Below are positions 1-10,017 of a stretch of 42,513 nt of DNA, in pieces; position 1 is the stretch's first letter; the number at the start of each line of letters is the position of its first letter. A program made the translations under genes and the position numbers. The stretch comes from Pirellulales bacterium (GTDB lineage: Bacteria > Planctomycetota > Planctomycetia > Pirellulales > UBA1268), in NCBI GenBank assembly GCA_044344765.1, contig JBIJCJ010000003.1:1-42513 (forward strand). The letters are read 5' to 3'. Below the pieces are notes generated by a model. The model did no database searches. It was not told the DNA's origin and saw nothing but the letters and a program-made list of their open reading frames with translations.

Positions 1-1
1 A

Positions 2-3000
2 CTGCCGCAGCGGTCACCGCTGACCGGCGAGACGGGGGAATCGTCTCAGCCGAACGACAGCAAGGCGACCGCCCAGTACGTCGGCAACCTCTTGCAGACC
101 GACCTCAACACGATATCGCTGTCCGGAAGCCTGAGCGGCGCCGGCGACGTCGACTGGTACTCCTTCGACATCAACTACGAGAACATCCAGGCCATCGGCG
201 GGGTGAATGGCGGCGGCAAGACGTTCGCCACCGTGTTCGACATCGATTACGCCGACGGCTTTCGTGGCGACCTGACGCTCTCCGTGTTCGACTCCGACGG
301 CCGGCTCCTGTTCGTGGGCCGGGATTCGAACATCGCCGCCGACCAGCCGCCGGATGCCTTCGCGGACATCTCCCGCGGCTCGCTCGGCAAGCTCGATTCC
401 TTCATCGGCCCGGTGCAGCTGCCGGCCGGGCTGCCGGGCGGCACGCAGCGGTACTACGTCGCCGTCTCCTCCAACGAGCGGCTGCCCTCCGTGCTCGACT
501 GGTTCAAGCTCCAGTCGGCGACCAACCCGATGATCCGCATCGAGCCGGTCAACTCGGTGCAGCGGGTCGTGGAAGACCGCATCGGACTGCAGGGATATCA
601 CTCCGGCGCCCAGTACTTCGGCGACGACTCCAAGGACTACACCTACGTCGCTCCCAGCGGTGGCCCGCTCTTCGGGCTGTCGTCACTCTCGGACCAACTC
701 TCGCCGCTCACGATCGACAACATCCGGACCTATGTCTCCGCCCGGCCGGACGTGGACGATCCGCCGATCGCGGCGATCCTTGCCGACGATCTCGCCATGC
801 GGTCCGACGGTCGCCTCTACAGATACTCAGGCATCGACGGCGGCGTGAATACGGCCGGGGAACTCACCGGGGTCAGCATCGGCCCGACACCTGGCCAGAC
901 CGTCTGGCAAGACAACATCCAGGATTTCCCGGCCAAGGTGGGGCCGACGCAGTTCATCGACAAGGTGGCAAGTGGCACGACACCGACGACGACCGCAACC
1001 GTGACCACCTTCGTGCTCGACGCGCAGGGAACACTCCCGGGCACCATCGAGGATCTCTCGACCGTTCAGGGGACGCTCCAATACACGACGACGTTGCCGG
1101 GCAACACCTTGCCCAGCACCGGCACTTGGGCCTTCACCTCGAATGCGGCGGGGGCGCTCACTTTCACACCCTCCGGGGGATCGATCCCGCCAAACATGCC
1201 GCTGCCGTCGAGCAGCCTGTCTACGGTGAACGCTCAGGGAATCCTCTCAGTGACCTGGCTCGACGGCGGGGCCGGCGCCACGGTCAACGTGGCCACGGTC
1301 ACGATGACGAATGTGCAGTACACCTTCGTTCCGGAGTTCCCCCCCGAAACGCTCACGACCGACAAGGTCGATGCGGTGGCTTGGCGTCGCAAAGCGGGTG
1401 GGCCAACTGTGTTCGACGGTCTCTTTTACTCGGTCCGCGACGCGATCCCGGGTACGAATGTTGAAACGGGCCTTTCCCGGCTCTACCGGGCGAACCCCGG
1501 CACGGGCGATGCCAACGACGCAGCCGGCGTAAATCCCAACCTGGGACTGATGGGGATCATCACGACGCCCGGCAACGGCCTGACGACCGGCATGGCCTTC
1601 ATCGGCGACACGCTCTACGGCGTGGACGACGAGGGGTATCTGTTCACGATCGACCCCGGCACGGCCGCGGTGGTGAGCCTGGGCCGCGTTGAACGCGCCG
1701 GCGTTCCCGTCAACCTCCAGGGCCTCGCCAATGGCCCGCAGAACGTACCCGGCGGCCCGGGCCAAACGCCCGGCTACTTCGCCGACAAACTCTTCGCCAT
1801 CGATGCCGACGGCTATGTCTACTGCCTCGACCCGGCGAACGGCTCGACCCTTTCGGTGTTCCGCGAAGCTGACCCGACGCGGAAGTACTTGGGACCGAGA
1901 GACACGGTCGGCAATCCCGTGGCTACCGGCGCATTCACCGGCTTCGCCTTCTCACCGATCGACATCCCGCTGTGGCGTGGGACCACGGCCCGCGGCCAAG
2001 ACCCAGGGCACGGTGTGACGCCCACGTTCGACAGGCTCGACACGCCCAACACGGAGACGGTCGACAACACCCGCGACGGCCTCTTCGACAACAACGGCAA
2101 ACTGCCTCCCGAGTCGGAAGGGCATGTCAGCATCTTCTACGGGCTCGACACGAGCAAAACCAAGTTGTCCGACGGCACTGAGCTCGCCCTGGCCGGCATT
2201 TTCTCGAAGACCTGGCTGACGGACATCTCGTCGGGCATTGGACCGTCGACAGCCACCGTTCCGGGGCCGGTCGCGTTTTCCGTGACCCTCGCCGGGAACT
2301 GGTCAAATGGAAGCAACCAGGTCACCGGCCTGTCGAGCACGTCAGCACTCCGGGTGGGGATGGACGTCCGCGGCTTCGGCATCCCAAATGGCACGTTCAT
2401 CAGGTCGATCGACAGCGGGACGAGGATCACGCTGTCGAGTCCCGCGACCGGCTGGAATCCTGCCAGGTCGGCGATCACGTTCACCGATCCGACTGGCGTC
2501 ACCACGAAACCTTTCAGCCTCGCGGCAAGCAGCTACGCCGACAAGCCCACGCTCTACTTCAACTACTGGATCGACCCGGCCGGCGGGGCGGAAGTCGAAC
2601 TCTCCGCGGACGGGGGCAACTGGATCAAGATCGCCACCACCGACAGCCTGCGATCCGCTCCTGACACCGACAACAGGACGCTTCCGGCCTTCGCCTCGGT
2701 GTCGTCACGGATCAGCACGACGCCCAACCAGCTCGCCCAGCAGCTCTTCGTGGGCGCCGGCTGGCGGCAGGCCCGCATCGACATCGGCGATTTCGCGGGG
2801 GCGAGCGATATCCGACTGCGGCTCACTTCCTCAGGCGGCGGCGAGGGGTCTTACTTCGACGACTTCATCGTCGGCTTCGCGGAACGGGGCGAGATGGTCA
2901 CGGGTCACGCGAGCGGCAACACCAGCTTTTTCGATGTCGGGACCCCCGGACCGTCGTTCAGCGTCCCGGCACAGATTCTCTCGGGCCCCTACCAGCTCGA

Positions 3001-4490
3001 GATCCGCCGCGGGGCGGAGTTCGGCGAGCTGACGGACAAGAACGCCTCGGCCGTGCAGATTAAGCAGGTGTTCAACACCGACAGCAACATCGTCCGGGGC
3101 ATCCTCCACCCGTTCGCCGGCACCGACATCGCTGGCGTGACCGACCAGCAAAACCTCCGTGGCGACGACAACACGCCCCGCGGGCAGGGCCAATTCATCA
3201 TCGAGGGGAACCTGATCTCCGCTGCCGGCCAGTACGGCATCCGGGTCGACGCCGCCGCCCGCGACGCCGAGACGGGCGCGAGCACGATGGGCGTCGTCAA
3301 GAACACGCCGACGCTCAACAACAAGCGGCTCGTGCCGGGCGTCGTGATCGCGAACAACGTGGTCGCCAACACGCAGGGCGCGGCGGCCATCCTCTTCAGC
3401 GGCGACCCGAACTCCGGAACCGGCCCCTCGGCGCCCGTGCCCTACGGCCGACTCGTGAACAACACGATCTACGGCGGGACCTACACCGTCACGCTCCCAT
3501 CAACCACCGTCGCCGGCCAGCCCACGGTCACGGTGCCCTCGACGACCGATCTCCGCGTCGGCATGGTCGTGGCCGGCGCGGGCATCCCTGCGGGCGCCAC
3601 CGTTCTTTCGATCGACGTCGCGACGAAGGTGGTCACGCTCTCGCAAAGCGCCACGGCCGCCGGAACGAACGTCAGCCTCGCCTTTACCTACCTGCCGAAC
3701 AGCGTGGGCGTGGCCGTCACTGAAAATGCGTCTCCCACGCTGCTCAACAACGTCTTCGCGAGCCTCGCGACCGGCATCACGGTCGATGGGACGTCCGGCG
3801 GCACCGTCGTCGGATATTCGGCCTTCCACGCGACCACCGCGCCCGGCGTTGCGGGAACGAACGCGGTGACCCTCACGGCGAGCCCGTTCGTGAACGCCGC
3901 CCGGGGCAACTTCTACCCCGCGGCCAAGTCGCCGATCATCGACAGCGGCCTCGGCTCGCTCGAGGATCGGAACGACTACACGGCGGTCACCCAGCCGCTC
4001 GGCATCCCACTCTCCCCGATCATCGCCCCCGGCCGCGACCTGTACGGCCAGCTGCGGTCCGACGATCCCGATCAGGGTGAGGGCTTCGGGGAGGGTGGCG
4101 ACGTCTTCAAGGACCGTGGTGCCATCGACCGCGTCGACTTCGTGCAGCCGTCGGCGACGCTCGCCGTTCCGCTCGATGGATCAACCGTCGATCAGGACAC
4201 GGCCAACGATCGGGTCAGGCTCGTGAAGGAAAATGCCCGTGGCATCGCGAAGTTCGAGGTGCAGCTCGGCGACGTCGGCGTCGGCATCGACAAGGCCACG
4301 GTGATCTCGGAGGCGTTCGAGGTGCGTCGCAACGGGACGCTGCTCGTGGCGGGCATCGACTACACGTTCAACTACCTCGAGTCGTCGAACCGGGTGGTGT
4401 TCGAGGCGGCCGCGATCTACCCGATGGGCAGCTACGTGATTTCGGTGGTGCAGGCCCCGGTCAATAACGTGCCGACGAACGTGATCACCG
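2..4490 (+). CDS. Giant planctomycete surface/secreted protein, 5'-partial (PPC-like domain, propeller-like region, parallel beta-helix, Ig-like); N-terminal part of a frameshifted gene
   Basis: The frame is open from base 2 (LPQRSPLTGETGE...), so the real start lies upstream. Motifs: DVDWYSF (PPC-like), DDFIVGFAERGEMVT, beta-helix coils IIEGNLI/IANNVV/LVNNTIY/LLNNVF, FVNAARGNFYP..SPIIDSG..DRGAIDR. Translation after ...VPTNVIT (4489) looks non-coding, although the ORF runs on to 4699. Confidence 0.85.
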
Positions 4491-7067
4491 GGCGACCAGC
4501 AGGTGCAGCTCTCCTGGACCGCGGCCGTGAGCGACGGCTCGCCGCTGGTGCGCTACGAAATCCAGGGGGCTGGCGATTCGTCGTTCACCGGTGCGACGAC
4601 GACGAACGTCCTGCCGCCGAACGTTTCGCTGACCGTGACGCCGCTCGTCAACGGCACTCCCTACTGGTTCCGCGTCCGCGCGGTGAATGCGGTGGGTGAG
4701 AGCGAATGGTCGAACGTGGCAGGCCCAGTCGTGCCGTTGCCGATCCCGACCTTCGCGCTGGCCCAAGACACCGGTGCCAGCTCCTCCGATGGCGTCACCA
4801 GCAACCGGACGGTGAACGTGTCGGGAGTGCTTGGCGGGGCCAGCTGGGAATACAGCGTCGATGGAGGGACGATCTGGACGGCTGGAACCGGCAGTTCGTT
4901 CCAGCTCCCTGCGAATGCCACCTATGCGGTCGGCAACGTGCGGATCCGCCAGGTCGTGGGCGAATCTCTCAGCGGCTCCTTCTCCAACGCCACGGCGATC
5001 ACGGTCGACACGATCGCGCCGGCGGCGCCGACGCTCGCGCTCGGAACCGGCGTTGCGGATACCGCGAACCTCGCCGAAGCGACCCAGGCTTCCGGGGTCG
5101 TCAGGGTCACCGGCGAGCTCGGGTCGACGATCACCGTGACCTTCACCCGCGGTGCGAACATCGTCACAAAGACGGTCACCGGCACCGGCGTCTCGCAGCC
5201 GATCGTGCTTACGACGACCGACGTGCAAACGACGCTCGGCGACGGCACGATCACCGTCTCGGCGACGCAGACGGACCTCGCCGGCAACGGTTCGGCACCG
5301 GCGTCCACCACGTCGTTCCTGCTCGCGACGACGCCGTCATCGGCCCCGACCTCCGTGGCCGGCACGCCCGGCAATCAACAGGTCGCCCTGACGTGGGGCG
5401 TGCCGACCAGCGACGGCGGTTCCCCGATCACGGACTACGTGGTCCAGTACCGGGTGAACACGGCCGGGTCGCAGTGGACGACGTTCGCCGACGGCGGCTC
5501 GACCGCATTGGCGGCGACGGTGACGGGGCTTACCAATGGCACGGCGTACGTCTTCCGCGTGGCGGCGGTGACGGGAGCAGGCGACGGGGCCTACTCGGTC
5601 GAGTCAGCGCCGGTCACGCCGCGGACCGTGCCCGGTGTGCCGACCGGTCTGACGGGCGTGATGGGCGATTCGGCTGTGACACTGAACTGGTCGGCGCCGT
5701 CCAGCAATGGCGGGGCGCCGATCACGGACTACGTGGTGCAGTACCGGGTGAACGCGCTCGGGTCGGAGTGGACGACATTCGCCGACGGCACGTCGGCGGT
5801 GAGCTCCGCGACCGTCACCGGTCTGAGCAACGGCACGGCGTACGTGTTCCGGGTGGCGGCGGTGAACGTCGCCGGCGCCGGCGGCTACTCCGCCGAGTCG
5901 GCTGCGGTCACGCCACTGGCGCCCGCATCGGCCCCGACTTCCCTGGCCGGAACGGCAGGGAATCAGCAGGTCGCCCTGTCGTGGGGCGTGCCGGCCAGCG
6001 ACGGCGGTTCCGCGATCACGGACTACGTGATTCAGTACCGGGTGCAAGGGGTGGGCGCATCGTGGACGACGTTCGCCGACGGCACGTCATCCGCAGTGGC
6101 GGCTACGGTGACGGGGCTCACCAATGGCACGGCGTACGTCTTCCGCGTGGCGGCGGTCACGGCGGTGGGCGTCGGGGCCTTCTCCGCCAGGTCGGCGGCG
6201 ATCGTGCCTGTAACGGCGCCCGCTGCGCCCACAGCCGTCGCCGGGGTCGCCGGCAATGGTCAGGTAACGCTGTCGTGGACCGCGCCCGCCTCCGATGGCG
6301 GCGTGCCGATCAAGGACTACCAGATCAGCTACACAGTCGATGGCACGAACTACACGGTCTTCGATGACGGACTGTCTACTGGGACCACCGCCACGGTCAC
6401 GGGCCTGACGAACGGAACCACGTACATCTTCCGCGTGGCTGCCGTGAACGGGAGCGACCTCGTCGGCCCGGCGGGTGAGTCCGGCTCCGTCCGGCCGTTC
6501 GTGCTTCTCGCGGCCCCGACCGCGTTGGTGGCGGTCGGCCAAAATGGCCGGGTTGCGCTGTCCTGGGTTGCGCCCGGCCCGGGGGTCGTTGACTATCGCG
6601 TTCAGTTTCGCGTTGCCGGGGTCGGCGCTGCATGGCAGACCTTCGCCGACGGCACATCTACGGCGACGCAGGCGGTGGTGACCGGCCTGACCAATGGCAC
6701 GCAGTACGCATTCCGAGTCGCAGCAGTCTCGGCCGATGGCCTTGGCGTCTACTCCGGTCCTGTGACGGCCACGCCGGTGTTCGTGCCGGTCGCGGCCCCG
6801 ACCTCGGTCCGGGGGACGAGGGCGTCGAGTACGATCACGCTGCAGTGGAATCCTCCGCCCGTGAATCCTGCGGCTCCGATCACCCGGTACGTCATCCAGT
6901 ACCGCTTGAACACCGCCGGATCCGTGTGGCAGACCCTGGCGATCCAGCCGACCGCGACCTCGGTCGTGATCAACGGTCTGACGAACCGGTTGGGATATTT
7001 CTTCCGGGTCGCCGGAGCCAATGGCGCCGGCGTCGGCCCCTGGTCGGCGTCCTCGGCCCGCATCTGA
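4491..7067 (+). CDS. C-terminal part of the giant surface protein: 7 fibronectin type III domains and 2 bacterial Ig-like domains
   Basis: GDQQVQLSW at 4491 begins an FN3 domain. Repeated W..P..DGG.PITDY.VQYR...GLTNGTAYVFRVAAV units. Ig-like LAQDTGASSSDGVT..DTIAP and ATQTDLAGN. No signal peptide; in-frame TGA at 4482 just upstream. Confidence 0.85.
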   Translation, partial: GDQQVQLSWTAAVSDGSPLVRYEIQGAGDSSFTGATTTNVLPPNVSLTVTPLVNGTPYWFRVRAVNAVGESEWSNVAGPVVPLPIPTFALAQDTGASSSDGVTSNRTVNVSGVLGGASWEYSVDGGTIWTAGTGSSFQLPANATYAVGNVRIRQVVGESLSGSFSNATAITVDTIAPAAPTLALGTGVADTANLAEATQASGVVRVTGELGSTITVTFTRGANIVTKTVTGTGVSQPIVLTTTDVQTTLGDGTITVSATQTDLAGNGSAPASTTSFLLATTPSSAPTSVAGTPGNQQVALTWGVPTSDGGSPITDYVVQYRVNTAGSQWTTFADGGSTALAATVTGLTNGTAYVFRVAAVTGAGDGAYSVESAPVTPRTVPGVPTGLTGVMGDSAVTLNWSAPSSNGGAPITDYVVQYRVNALGSEWTTFADGTSAVSSATVTGLSNGTAYVFRVAAVNVAGAGGYSAESAAVTPLAPASAPTSLAGTAGNQQVALSWGVPASDGGSAITDYVIQYRVQGVGASWTTFADGTSSAVAATVTGLTNGTAYVFRVAAVTAVGVGAFSARSAAIVPVTAPAAPTAVAGVAGNGQVTLSWTAPASDGGVPIKDYQISYTVDGTNYTVFDDGLSTGTTATVTGLTNGTTYIFRVAAVNGSDLVGPAGESGSVRPFVLLAAPTALVAVGQNGRVALSWVAPGPGVVDYRVQFRVAGVGAAWQTFADGTSTATQAVVTGLTNGTQYAFRVAAVSADGLGVYSGPVTATPVFVPVAAPTSVRGTRASSTITLQWNPPPVNPAAPITRYVIQYRLNTAGSVWQTLAIQPTATSVVINGLTNRLGYFFRVAGANGAGVGPWSASSARI

Positions 7068-7318
7068 TCCGTCTGATCTGCACGCGGTCGGGCTCTGGCA
7101 GGGGGCACGGGCCGGCGCCGCCGACGGCGGCCATCTGCCCGCGGTTCGCCCGTCTGGCGGGCGCCGGTCTGCCCCCGCCCCCGGCTTTGCCCAGTCGCCG
7201 CTGCTAGCCCCGCCGCTCCCGATGCCGTAGGCGGTATTCGGGGATTCACGGTAACGGCCGGCACGACCCGCAGTCGAAAGCATGGGCGAGAAATGTTCCC
7301 TGTGAGGGTCCTACTGCG

Positions 7319-8632
7319 ATGATCCGTCGTATGAGTCGAGCAGATTGTTCCGCAAGGGCTGGTCGGAGCGGCGCGACATCCCATGCCCGGCGGTCGGCCG
7401 GTCCGCGCACGGTGACGGCGTGGTTCGCGGTCGCACTGCTTGCGGCCATGTCCCTCGTCCACGCAGAACCTTTCGACGGCATCCAGTCGTTCGAGCCGCA
7501 TGCCTCGAGTCATGGCATGCAATCGATCCTCAGGCCGCCGATGGCCGACGCGGGTGATGAGTTCGGATGGACCGCCGGTGGCTCGGCCGGCGGGGATCAC
7601 GCGACTGGCCCGGCCGCAGGGTTCTTGGTCACGGATGGTGGCGTCGCCGGGTCGTCATGCGCGGGCTGCGGGGGCAACGGCTGTGAGGCGTGCTGCCCCG
7701 CGGGTGGAATGGCCGACACGCACGGCTTCTTCAACCGCATCTTCGGCGCGGCATGCCCACGGTGGGTCGTGCAGGTAGACGCCCTCATGCTCTGGCAGGG
7801 CAACATCGCCAGCCGCCCCTTGTTCGCCTCCTGGAACACGGGTGCCGTCGGGCCGACACTCCTTGACGCCAATCAGGCCCAGACGGTGATGTCCGCCGGA
7901 CCGCGGGTGGCCCTGTTTCTCAATCTCGACGAGGTCTACTCCATCGAAGGCAACTACTTCCAGGTCAGACCGTTCAACGGCGAGGCCCTCGTGCCCCCGG
8001 GGAACACGCTCGTGGAGCGGAATCTGGCCGGGTTCAGCGATGAAGGCTTTGACGGCGCCCAGGTGCTCACCAACGGCTCGATCCAAAGTGCGGAGCTCAA
8101 CTGGCGGCGGCGGGAGTGCTGGTGCCCGGTGACATGGCTGGCCGGATTTCGCTGGGTGCAGTGGAACCAGCAGATGCGGATCATCGAGCACGTGGACGGC
8201 AGCCCGTTCAGTTCGTTCACGTCGGTGACCGGCAACGACCTGTACGGCGGGCAGATCGGCATGGACCTCGGCCTCTGGAACAGCGGCGGTCTCTTCACGG
8301 TGACAGGCACCGGGAAAGCTGGCGTCTTCTACAACAACGCCTTCCAGCGGACTTCCTACCAGCAGCCCGGCCTCACGCCATCGGCGGCTGCCGTCGCGGA
8401 TCAGACCGCTTTCTTCGGCGAACTGGGCGTCAACGGCAGCCTGAGGCTCACCGACTGGCTGTCCTGGCGGGTGGGATACGTGCTCTTCTGGCTCAACGGC
8501 GTGGCCTTGCCTGCCGACCAGCTTTCCACCACGAATCTCAACGACGTAACGGCCCCGGTCGGCGCCACGATCAACACGAACGGCAGCGTGCTCTTGCACG
8601 GCGCGACGACGGGCCTGGAGGCCCGCTGGTAG
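7319..8632 (+). CDS. Planctomycete outer-membrane beta-barrel protein (BBP7/DUF1551-like)
   Basis: Signal-like hydrophobic segment, Cys-rich low-complexity N-region (CAGCGGNGCEACC), beta-strands (LAGFRW, NDLYGGQIG, WRVGY.LFWLNGVA), C-terminal LHGATTGLEARW. Start codon uncertain. Confidence 0.8.
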   Translation: MIRRMSRADCSARAGRSGATSHARRSAGPRTVTAWFAVALLAAMSLVHAEPFDGIQSFEPHASSHGMQSILRPPMADAGDEFGWTAGGSAGGDHATGPAAGFLVTDGGVAGSSCAGCGGNGCEACCPAGGMADTHGFFNRIFGAACPRWVVQVDALMLWQGNIASRPLFASWNTGAVGPTLLDANQAQTVMSAGPRVALFLNLDEVYSIEGNYFQVRPFNGEALVPPGNTLVERNLAGFSDEGFDGAQVLTNGSIQSAELNWRRRECWCPVTWLAGFRWVQWNQQMRIIEHVDGSPFSSFTSVTGNDLYGGQIGMDLGLWNSGGLFTVTGTGKAGVFYNNAFQRTSYQQPGLTPSAAAVADQTAFFGELGVNGSLRLTDWLSWRVGYVLFWLNGVALPADQLSTTNLNDVTAPVGATINTNGSVLLHGATTGLEARW

Positions 8633-8812
8633 ACCGCGGCCCCGATTGACCGTCACGACCGTCACAACCCTGCGGCCGGCGGTTCAACGCCTGAAAATTT
8701 CTCCGCTGCGGCGTGACACGGCCCCCGCCTGCGGCCACTCATCTGTTGAGAGCCGCTCCCGGCGGAGGGGGCGGCCCGCGAACCTGTTATCCCACGCAAA
8801 GGACTTCTTCGT

Positions 8813-9100
8813 ATGGATCCCCAGATCATCAGCTGGATCGTGAGCCTCATCGCCGGCAGCGCCGGTGGCAACATCGTCGGCGCCCTGCTCAAGAATCGCA
8901 ACCTCGGCCCGATGCTCAACACCGTCCTCGGTCTCGTCGGCGGCGGCCTCGGCGGCAAGATCCTGCCGATGGTGGTGCCGGCCCTCGGCTCGCTCGTCGG
9001 CGGCGGCGACAACCTGGTCGGCACGGGCGGCCTGTCGGCGATCATCGGCGCGCTGCTGCCCCTGATCGTCAGCTTCCTCAAGAAGCCCGCGACCGCCTGA
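8813..9100 (+). CDS. Small Gly-rich membrane protein (GlsB/YeaQ/YmgE-like)
   Basis: 95 aa with three hydrophobic Gly-rich helices (IAGSAGGNIVG, GLVGGGLGG); AAAGGA upstream of the ATG. Confidence 0.7.
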   Translation: MDPQIISWIVSLIAGSAGGNIVGALLKNRNLGPMLNTVLGLVGGGLGGKILPMVVPALGSLVGGGDNLVGTGGLSAIIGALLPLIVSFLKKPATA

Positions 9101-9133
9101 TCCAAGCGCGATTCTCGTGTCAGCGAACGAGAT

Positions 9134-9171
9134 GCGGCCGGGGGCGGCAACTCCCCCGGCCGCTACGTTTT
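9134..9171 (+). terminator. Probable intrinsic terminator between convergent genes
   Basis: Perfect 11-bp stem GCGGCCGGGGG (9134-9144) / CCCCCGGCCGC (9153-9163) followed by TACGTTTT; flanked by two smaller hairpins. Confidence 0.6.
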
Positions 9172-9210
9172 GCGTGCCGCGCCGCCGACGTCGGCACGCG
9201 GCGGGATGGC

Positions 9211-9906
9211 CTACCTGTCGGAGTCGCTGCTGCCGCCGGTCAAGTAGCTCGCGTAGTAGAGCAGGGTGAGGATGCTCTGCAGCGTGCCGGCCACGTACGT
9301 CCAGGCGGCGGCGTTGAGGACCCGGTTCACGGCCGGCATGTCGGCGGCCGGCACGATGCCGAGATCCACGAGCTGGGCCTTGGCGCGGTTGCTGGCATCG
9401 AGTTCGACCGGCAGGTTCACCAGCTGAAAGAAGACGGTGCCGGCGAACAGGGCGATTCCCAGCCAGGCGATCGGCTTCAGTGCGAAGCCCAGGCCGATCA
9501 TGAACACCAACAGCCCGAAGCCGCTGCCGAAGTTGGCGACACCGACCGCCGCATTCCGGATGCTCATCAGGGAATAGCCCTGGGCGTCCTGCAGGGCATG
9601 GCCGGCCTCGTGGGCCGCGATGCCCACTGCCGCCAACGACCGATCCCCGTACACGCCCTCGGACAGTCGCAGGACCTTTGACTGTGGGTCGTAATGGTCG
9701 GTGAGATGGCCGGGCATGGCCTCGATCTCCACGTCGGTGGCGCCGGCGGAGTCGAGGATGTGGCGTGCCGCGGCGGCGCCCGTCAGCGGGGCAGGTTCGC
9801 GAGCGGCCGCCGCGAACGACGCATGCACCCGCCACTGGGCCCACATCGCCAGCAGGACGGCGGGGGCGATGGCGAGCATGTAATTCGGATCGAAGAAAAA
9901 CGGCAT
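9211..9906 (-). CDS. YugP-family membrane zinc metallopeptidase (Zn_peptidase_2)
   Basis: LTDHYDP, AAHEAGHALQ (HExxH), LPVELDASNRA and AAAWTYVA motifs. Confidence 0.92.
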   Translation of the reverse strand: MPFFFDPNYMLAIAPAVLLAMWAQWRVHASFAAAAREPAPLTGAAAARHILDSAGATDVEIEAMPGHLTDHYDPQSKVLRLSEGVYGDRSLAAVGIAAHEAGHALQDAQGYSLMSIRNAAVGVANFGSGFGLLVFMIGLGFALKPIAWLGIALFAGTVFFQLVNLPVELDASNRAKAQLVDLGIVPAADMPAVNRVLNAAAWTYVAGTLQSILTLLYYASYLTGGSSDSDR

Positions 9907-10017
9907 GGGACTTCGTTTCTCCAGGGGGGGACCGACGACCGGCGAAAACCGAAACTATCCTATTTTAGACAGCCGCTCCTCCCCGGCAGCCCCGATTCGG
10001 GCCGCACAGGCAGTTCC

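Noticed and set aside
4482-4503. Programmed ribosomal frameshift
   Set aside because: No slippery sequence, and part of the FN3 domain is missing, which fits deletion better.
5335-7040. CRISPR-like regularly spaced repeats
   Set aside because: They are ~290-nt coding FN3 repeats; no repeat-spacer array or cas genes.
8648-8669. GACCGTCAC direct repeat upstream of the small membrane protein
   Set aside because: Two copies only; cannot distinguish an operator from chance or slippage.
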